A stretch of 64,000 nucleotides of DNA from Labedaea sp. (GTDB lineage: Bacteria > Actinomycetota > Actinomycetes > Mycobacteriales > Pseudonocardiaceae). The notes beneath the pieces were generated by a model, which saw nothing but the letters and a program-made list of their open reading frames with translations, was not told the DNA's origin and searched no databases. Each line of letters opens with the position of its first letter. The stretch's first letter is position 1. The stretch is taken from contig JBJMIG010000059.1 in assembly GCA_045806965.1 (NCBI GenBank), forward strand, positions 2,656 through 66,655, read 5' to 3'. The position numbers were made by a program, and so were the translations under genes. Positions 59,521 to 64,000 of the stretch are shown here, in pieces.

Positions 59521-60120
59521 GTGACAGGGGATGGTATAGACCGGACCGAGGGCAGCGCCGAGCGCAGTGTGGAACGCACGCTGTCCCGGTTGCACGCGAT
59601 CGACACCAAGAGCGTGGCCCCTCAGGTTCCACAGACGCCGCTGACGCTCGAGGATCTCTACCGCACACACCGCATGCGCCTGATCCGGCTGGCCCTGCTG
59701 CTGGTCGACGAGCCGGCCACGGCCGAGGACGTGGTCCAGGAGGCGTTCACCGGCCTGCACCGCAACTGGGGAAACCTGCGCGATGCCGCCGCGGCGGTCG
59801 GCTACCTGCGCACCGCGGTCGTGAACGGGTCACGCAGCGTGCTGCGCCGGCGCAAGACCGCGCGCGAGTACACCCCGCCGCATTCGGTCAACGCCAGGTC
59901 CGCCGAGAGCCTCGCGATGCTGACCGCCGAGCACCAGTCGGTTGTTCGCGCACTGTCGCATCTCCCGCCACGACAACGAGAAGTGCTCGTGCTGCGGTAC
60001 TACGGCAACCTGTCGGAGTCCGAGATCGCCGAGGCGGCCGGCATCTCGAAAGGCACCGTCAAGTCCACCGCGTCGCGTGCTCTCGAGGCACTCCAGAAGA
60101 TCATGAACCAGCCGCACTGA
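59521..60120 (+). CDS. SigE-family ECF RNA polymerase sigma factor
   Basis: Region 2 (AEDVVQEAFTGLHRNWGNL) and region 4 (RQREVLVLRYYGNLSESEIAEAAGISKGTVKST). The track GTG 59521 lies only 34 nt from the divergent yciI start, so the real start may be further downstream, for example GTG near 59613. Confidence 0.8.
   Translation: MTGDGIDRTEGSAERSVERTLSRLHAIDTKSVAPQVPQTPLTLEDLYRTHRMRLIRLALLLVDEPATAEDVVQEAFTGLHRNWGNLRDAAAAVGYLRTAVVNGSRSVLRRRKTAREYTPPHSVNARSAESLAMLTAEHQSVVRALSHLPPRQREVLVLRYYGNLSESEIAEAAGISKGTVKSTASRALEALQKIMNQPH
59531..59542. promoter_or_regulatory. dre-like (DasR/GntR-type) box, copy 1, ATGGTATAGACC
   Basis: Identical 12-mer to copy 2. TGGTATAGACC resembles the dre core TGGTCTAGACCA. 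Lies between the divergent yciI and ECF sigma genes. Confidence 0.4.
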
Positions 60121-60128
60121 CCCGAGCT

Positions 60129-60141
60129 ATGGTATAGACCA
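60129..60141. promoter_or_regulatory. dre-like (DasR/GntR-type) box, copy 2, ATGGTATAGACCA
   Basis: TGGTATAGACCA matches 11/12 of the dre core TGGTCTAGACCA. 43 nt upstream of the nagA ATG. Confidence 0.55.
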
Positions 60142-60183
60142 ATAGAGCGTTTGTTGGTCGTCACCGTGGAGGGTGGGTGCGGC

Positions 60184-61344
60184 ATGGCGGAACAGCTGAT
60201 TGCCGGTGGCAAAGTGGTGGCCCCCGAGGGTGTGTTCGACCCCGGGTGGGTTCTGGTGTCGGACGGCGTCATCGCGGCGGTCGGGACCGGCTCGGCACCA
60301 ACGGCCGGGACCGACGGTGCCCCGCCCGAGGTGCGCGACGCGACCGGCCACTGGGTGATGCCCGGCTTCGTCGACATCCACTGTCACGGCGGCGGCGGCG
60401 ACTCGTTCACCGACACCGACCCGGAGCACGTCCGCCGGGCCGTCGCCGCGCACCGCCGGCACGGCACCACCACCATCCTGGGCAGCCTGGTCTCCCGGCC
60501 GGTCCCCGAGCTGGCCAACCAGGTCGCCGCGCTGGCCGAGCTGACCGCCGACGGGCTGATCGCCGGCATCCACCTGGAGGGTCCGTTCCTGGCGGCGGCC
60601 CGGTGCGGCGCGCACGACCCGGCCATACTCCGCCCGCCGGACGACGAGTCGGTGCGGACCCTGCTCGCCGCCGGCAAGGGCGCGGTGCGGATGGTCACCA
60701 TCGCGCCCGAGCTGGACGGTGCGCTGCACGCGGTGAAACGACTGGTCGGCACCGGCGTGCTGGCCGCCGTCGGGCATACCGACGGTACCGGGGCGCAGGT
60801 CCTGTCCGCGGTCGACGCGGGCGCCACCGTTGCCACCCACCTGTTCAACGGCATGCGCCCGCTGCACCACCGCGAGCCCGGCCCGATCGGCATCCTGCTC
60901 GACGACGAGCGGGTCACCGTCGAGCTGATCTGCGATCTGGTGCACGTACACCCAAGCGTCATCCGGCTGGCCGCCCGGCACGCCGGAGCGCAGCGCACCG
61001 TGCTGGTCACCGACGCGATCGCCGCGGCGGGCGTCGGCGACGGGGTCTACGACGTCGGCGGGCTGGCCGTCACGGTGACCGACGGGGTGCCGACGCTGGC
61101 CGGCGGAGCGTCGCTGGCCGGCAGCACGCTGACCATGGACGCGGCGTTCCGCAACCTGGTCCGCGGCTGCGGGCTGAGCGTGCGCGAGGCGGTCGCGGCC
61201 ACCTCCACCCAGCCGGCCGAGATCCTCGGCGTGGCCAAGGTCACCGGGTCGCTGACCGCCGGGCTCGCCGCCGACGTGGTGATCATGGACGAAAGCCTGC
61301 GGGCGGCGGCGGTCATGCACCAGGGCACCTGGGTCACAGACTAA
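60184..61344 (+). CDS. nagA: N-acetylglucosamine-6-phosphate deacetylase
   Basis: ATG 60184. GFVDIHCHGGGG metal site, HLEGPF, GHTD, HLFNGM motifs. Confidence 0.9.
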   Translation: MAEQLIAGGKVVAPEGVFDPGWVLVSDGVIAAVGTGSAPTAGTDGAPPEVRDATGHWVMPGFVDIHCHGGGGDSFTDTDPEHVRRAVAAHRRHGTTTILGSLVSRPVPELANQVAALAELTADGLIAGIHLEGPFLAAARCGAHDPAILRPPDDESVRTLLAAGKGAVRMVTIAPELDGALHAVKRLVGTGVLAAVGHTDGTGAQVLSAVDAGATVATHLFNGMRPLHHREPGPIGILLDDERVTVELICDLVHVHPSVIRLAARHAGAQRTVLVTDAIAAAGVGDGVYDVGGLAVTVTDGVPTLAGGASLAGSTLTMDAAFRNLVRGCGLSVREAVAATSTQPAEILGVAKVTGSLTAGLAADVVIMDESLRAAAVMHQGTWVTD

Positions 61345-61354
61345 CGTCGAGAGA

Positions 61355-61672
61355 GTGACGGACGACGCGGAGCGGTTGATCGCCGAGGCGCTGCGCGCGC
61401 AGGCGGCCCGCACGCCGCTGCCGTCGACCGAGTCCACCAGGGTGAACGCCGCGCCGGGCCTGGACGCGGGCAGCGGTTACGGCCTGCTCTCCGGCTCCGA
61501 CCGGCCGCTGTCGCTGCCGCTGCGACCGCCCGGCACGGTCCGGCTCGACGACGGTGTCGGGACCGAGCGGATCGAGCCGGTGCCACGCACCGCGGCGCTG
61601 GCGATTCTGCTGCTCGCCGTGCTGCTCGGCCTGGCCGCCGGTGCCGTGGTCGGACTGCTCACCCTGTTGTGA
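61355..61672 (+). CDS. hypothetical C-terminally membrane-anchored protein
   Basis: GTG 61355. N-terminus MTDDAERLIAEALRAQAARTP resembles partner proteins usually encoded after SigE-family sigma genes. C-terminal TM ALAILLLAVLLGLAAGAVVGLL. Confidence 0.4.
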   Translation: MTDDAERLIAEALRAQAARTPLPSTESTRVNAAPGLDAGSGYGLLSGSDRPLSLPLRPPGTVRLDDGVGTERIEPVPRTAALAILLLAVLLGLAAGAVVGLLTLL

Positions 61673-61697
61673 ACCGAGCCCAGGTAACGTTTCGGGT

Positions 61698-62339
61698 ATG
61701 CCCGTGAACACCATGTCGATCCTGCCGTCGTGGCTAGATCCGGACGCCATCCTCAGCGGTCTCGGCGCGTTCGTCGTGATCGGCGTCTGCCTGATCATCT
61801 TCGCCGAGTGCGGGCTACTGGTCGGCTTCTTCCTGCCGGGTGACTCGCTGCTGTTCACGGCCGGCCTGTACATCGAGCGCGGCTCGATCAGCACGCCGCT
61901 CTGGCTGATGTGCGTGCTGGTCGCGGTGTGCGCGTTCCTCGGCAACGTGTCCGGGTACTGGATCGGGGCGAAGGCCGGCCCGACGCTGTTCAACCGGCCG
62001 AACTCGCGGCTGTTCAAGCGCGAGCACGTGGACCGCACGCACGAGTTCTTCGAACGCTACGGCAACCGGGCGATCGTGCTCGGCCGGTTCGTGCCGATCG
62101 TGCGCACGTTCATCACGGCGATGGCCGGCGTCGGCCGGATGGACCCGAAGCGCTACTTCACCTACTCCGCGATCGGCGGCGTGCTCTGGGCGAGCGGCGT
62201 CACCGTGCTCGGCTACTACCTCGGCAAGATCGACTTCGTGCACGAGCACATCGAGCTGATCCTGATCCTGGTCGTGCTGGTCTCGCTGATCCCGATCGCG
62301 ATCGAGCTGGTCAGGGCGCGCCGGTCGAAGGTCGCTTAG
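61698..62339 (+). CDS. DedA/VTT-domain membrane protein
   Basis: FAECGLLVGFFLPGDSLLF and GRFVPIVRTF motifs. ATG 61698; ATG 61713 is also possible. Confidence 0.85.
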   Translation: MPVNTMSILPSWLDPDAILSGLGAFVVIGVCLIIFAECGLLVGFFLPGDSLLFTAGLYIERGSISTPLWLMCVLVAVCAFLGNVSGYWIGAKAGPTLFNRPNSRLFKREHVDRTHEFFERYGNRAIVLGRFVPIVRTFITAMAGVGRMDPKRYFTYSAIGGVLWASGVTVLGYYLGKIDFVHEHIELILILVVLVSLIPIAIELVRARRSKVA

Positions 62340-62367
62340 TCAGGGCTCCGAGCACCCGATACAGCTG

Positions 62368-62395
62368 GAGCGGACGCACAGTGTGCGCACCGCTC
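62368..62395. terminator. hairpin between the convergent DedA and FAD-oxidase genes (candidate bidirectional terminator)
   Basis: GAGCGGACGCACA-G-TGTGCGCACCGCTC, two 6-bp stem segments separated by a small bulge. Confidence 0.45.
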
Positions 62396-62396
62396 G

Positions 62397-63788
62397 TTAC
62401 ATCGCGAACATCGAGCCGGGGTTGAACAGGTTGTTCGGGTCGAGCGCGGCCTTGATGGCCTGATGCACCCGGATGCCGGTCGGGCCGATCTCGCGGGCCA
62501 GCCAGTCGCGCTTGATCTTGCCGACGCCGTGCTCGCCGGTGACCGTGCCGCCAAGACTCAGACCTACCGCGAGGATGTCGTCGAAGGCTTGGCGGGCGCG
62601 GGCGAACTCCGACTCCGACGTGGGGTCGTAGACGATCGTCGGGTGCATGTTGCCGTCCCCGGCGTGGCCGACGACCGCGATCCGCAGGCCCACCTCGGCG
62701 CTGATCCGCTCGCAGCCGGCGATCAGTTCGGCGATCCGGGTGCGCGGCACGCACACGTCGTCGGTCAGCCAGGCCCCATAGACCTCGAGCGCCATCAGCA
62801 CCGCCCGGCGGGCCTTGAGCAGCAGTGCGCCCTCGGCCAGGTCGTAGGTGGTGTGTACCAGCTCGGCACCGGTGTCCGAGCAGACCTGCTCGATCGCGGT
62901 GAGCTCGCGCCTGGCCGCCTCGCCGCCCGAGTCGGACTGGCAGATCAGCAGCGCCGCGCAGCCCTTGCCGGCGCCGAGCTCGGTCTTGAGGTACTCCTCG
63001 ACGGCGGCGATCGACGAGGCGTCCATGATCTCCATCAGGGATGGCACGATGCCCTCCCGCACCACCCGGCTGACCGCGGCACCCGCGGCGCCGACCGAGC
63101 CGAACGCGGCCACCAGGGTGCCCGGCGCCTGGGGTAACGGACGCAGCGCCAGGGTGGCCTTGGTGATCACGCCGAGGGTGCCCTCGCTGCCGATGAACAG
63201 CTTGGTCAGGTCGTAGCCGGCGACCCCCTTGACGGTGCGCCTGCCCGTGCGCAGCAGCTCGCCGTCGGCGAGCACGACCTCGAGACCGAGCACCGAGTCC
63301 GTGGTCACGCCGTACTTCACGCAGCACAGCCCACCGGCATTGGTGGACAGGTTGCCGCCGATCGTGCACCAGTCGTAGCTGGACGGGTCCGGCGGATAGA
63401 ACAGGCCGTGCTTCTCCACCGCGCCGCGCAGGTCCAGGTTGATCACGCCGGGCTGCACCACGGCCAGCCGGTTGTCCGCGTCCACCTCGAGGATCTCGTT
63501 CATCCGAGTCGTCACCAGCACCACGCAGCCGTCGATGGCGTTGGCCGCGCCGGACAACCCGCTGCCCGCGCCGCGCGGCACGATCGGCACGCCGGCCGAC
63601 GCACAGGCCCGGACCACCTCCTGCACCTGTGCCGCGTCGCCGGGCAGCACCACGGACAGGGGGCTGCCGAACGGCGCGAGCGGCATCATGTCCCGCTGAT
63701 AAGAGGAAGTGACATCCGGGTCGACGAGCACCGCGTCGGCCCCCACCGCGGCTCGCAGCCGGCCCAACAGATCGTTGTTGGCGCCCAT
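62397..63788 (-). CDS. FAD-binding oxidase (GlcD / D-lactate dehydrogenase-like)
   Basis: FAD-PCMH domain (VPIVPRGAGSGLSGAA) and C-terminal GGTVTGEHGVGKIK. Confidence 0.9.
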   Translation of the reverse strand: MGANNDLLGRLRAAVGADAVLVDPDVTSSYQRDMMPLAPFGSPLSVVLPGDAAQVQEVVRACASAGVPIVPRGAGSGLSGAANAIDGCVVLVTTRMNEILEVDADNRLAVVQPGVINLDLRGAVEKHGLFYPPDPSSYDWCTIGGNLSTNAGGLCCVKYGVTTDSVLGLEVVLADGELLRTGRRTVKGVAGYDLTKLFIGSEGTLGVITKATLALRPLPQAPGTLVAAFGSVGAAGAAVSRVVREGIVPSLMEIMDASSIAAVEEYLKTELGAGKGCAALLICQSDSGGEAARRELTAIEQVCSDTGAELVHTTYDLAEGALLLKARRAVLMALEVYGAWLTDDVCVPRTRIAELIAGCERISAEVGLRIAVVGHAGDGNMHPTIVYDPTSESEFARARQAFDDILAVGLSLGGTVTGEHGVGKIKRDWLAREIGPTGIRVHQAIKAALDPNNLFNPGSMFAM

Positions 63789-64000
63789 CTCCGCACCGTA
63801 GCGCTTTTCTCGAGTGGAAGTTGAGTCCCCTCATACAGATTTGCGAGCGGACGATATGCCGGGCAGGACGGTGGCAGCCGGGGTCGCCGAATCGACTCCT
63901 CGGCGCCCACGGTGTTGGCAATCCGTCAACGAGGACGGCGCCGGAAGGCGGTGGCGTTATGACGGCGGCACAGGTGACCGCGCTGCTGCGCGGCGCGGTC

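Noticed and set aside
63959-64000. Start of a plus-strand ORF (MTAAQVTALLRGAV...) at the right edge
   Set aside because: Only 14 codons are visible, too few to distinguish from chance or to assign any function.

Overview
High-GC actinobacterial chromosomal segment with about 64 protein-coding genes. I saw no rRNA, tRNA, CRISPR array, transposase or integrase. All calls come from reading the sequence and the ORF track, with no database searches. Many ORF-track entries are GC-rich antisense or over-extended frames, so I re-derived starts from RBS spacing, stop/start overlaps and family N-termini. Gene content in order: (1) 0-9.7 kb is aromatic catabolism. It holds a MetE-like fragment, pobA and a NitT/TauT-type ABC importer on the minus strand, divergent from pcaI-pcaJ-pcaH-pcaG-pcaD-pcaC-pcaR. 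pcaB and pcaF are absent. (2) A large LuxR (LAL) regulator. (3) Purine genes purLQS, purB, purD and purA are scattered over 40 kb and interleaved with accessory genes: cutinase, GMC oxidoreductase, aldehyde dehydrogenase, S8 protease, SAM hydrolase, MOSC, two SigE-family ECF sigma factors, TetR, and an XRE/DUF397 pair. (4) 33.7-38.4 kb is an orphan ESX/type VII substrate island: PE-like, DUF3558 lipoprotein, PPE-like, EspG, EspC-like, and a frameshifted WXG100-domain/lytic-transglycosylase fusion. No secretion-machinery genes lie in the window. (5) TAXI-TRAP transporter, glpQ, a 1049-aa XRE-SARP-NB-ARC-TPR regulator, a GGDEF cyclase and an MFS transporter. (6) fbaA, a DUF3151 gene, a GH2 exo-glucosaminidase-like enzyme with a CsnR-like operator, nagA with DasR(dre)-like boxes, a DedA protein and an FAD oxidase. 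The most unusual signal is non-coding: a composite palindromic repeat family with core GCGCAAGGTGACATTGCGC and a CTCGCTCG-rich tail. It occurs at four intergenic loci (11 hairpin cores), including a roughly 440-nt array upstream of the GH2 gene. I do not recognise it as a described element.
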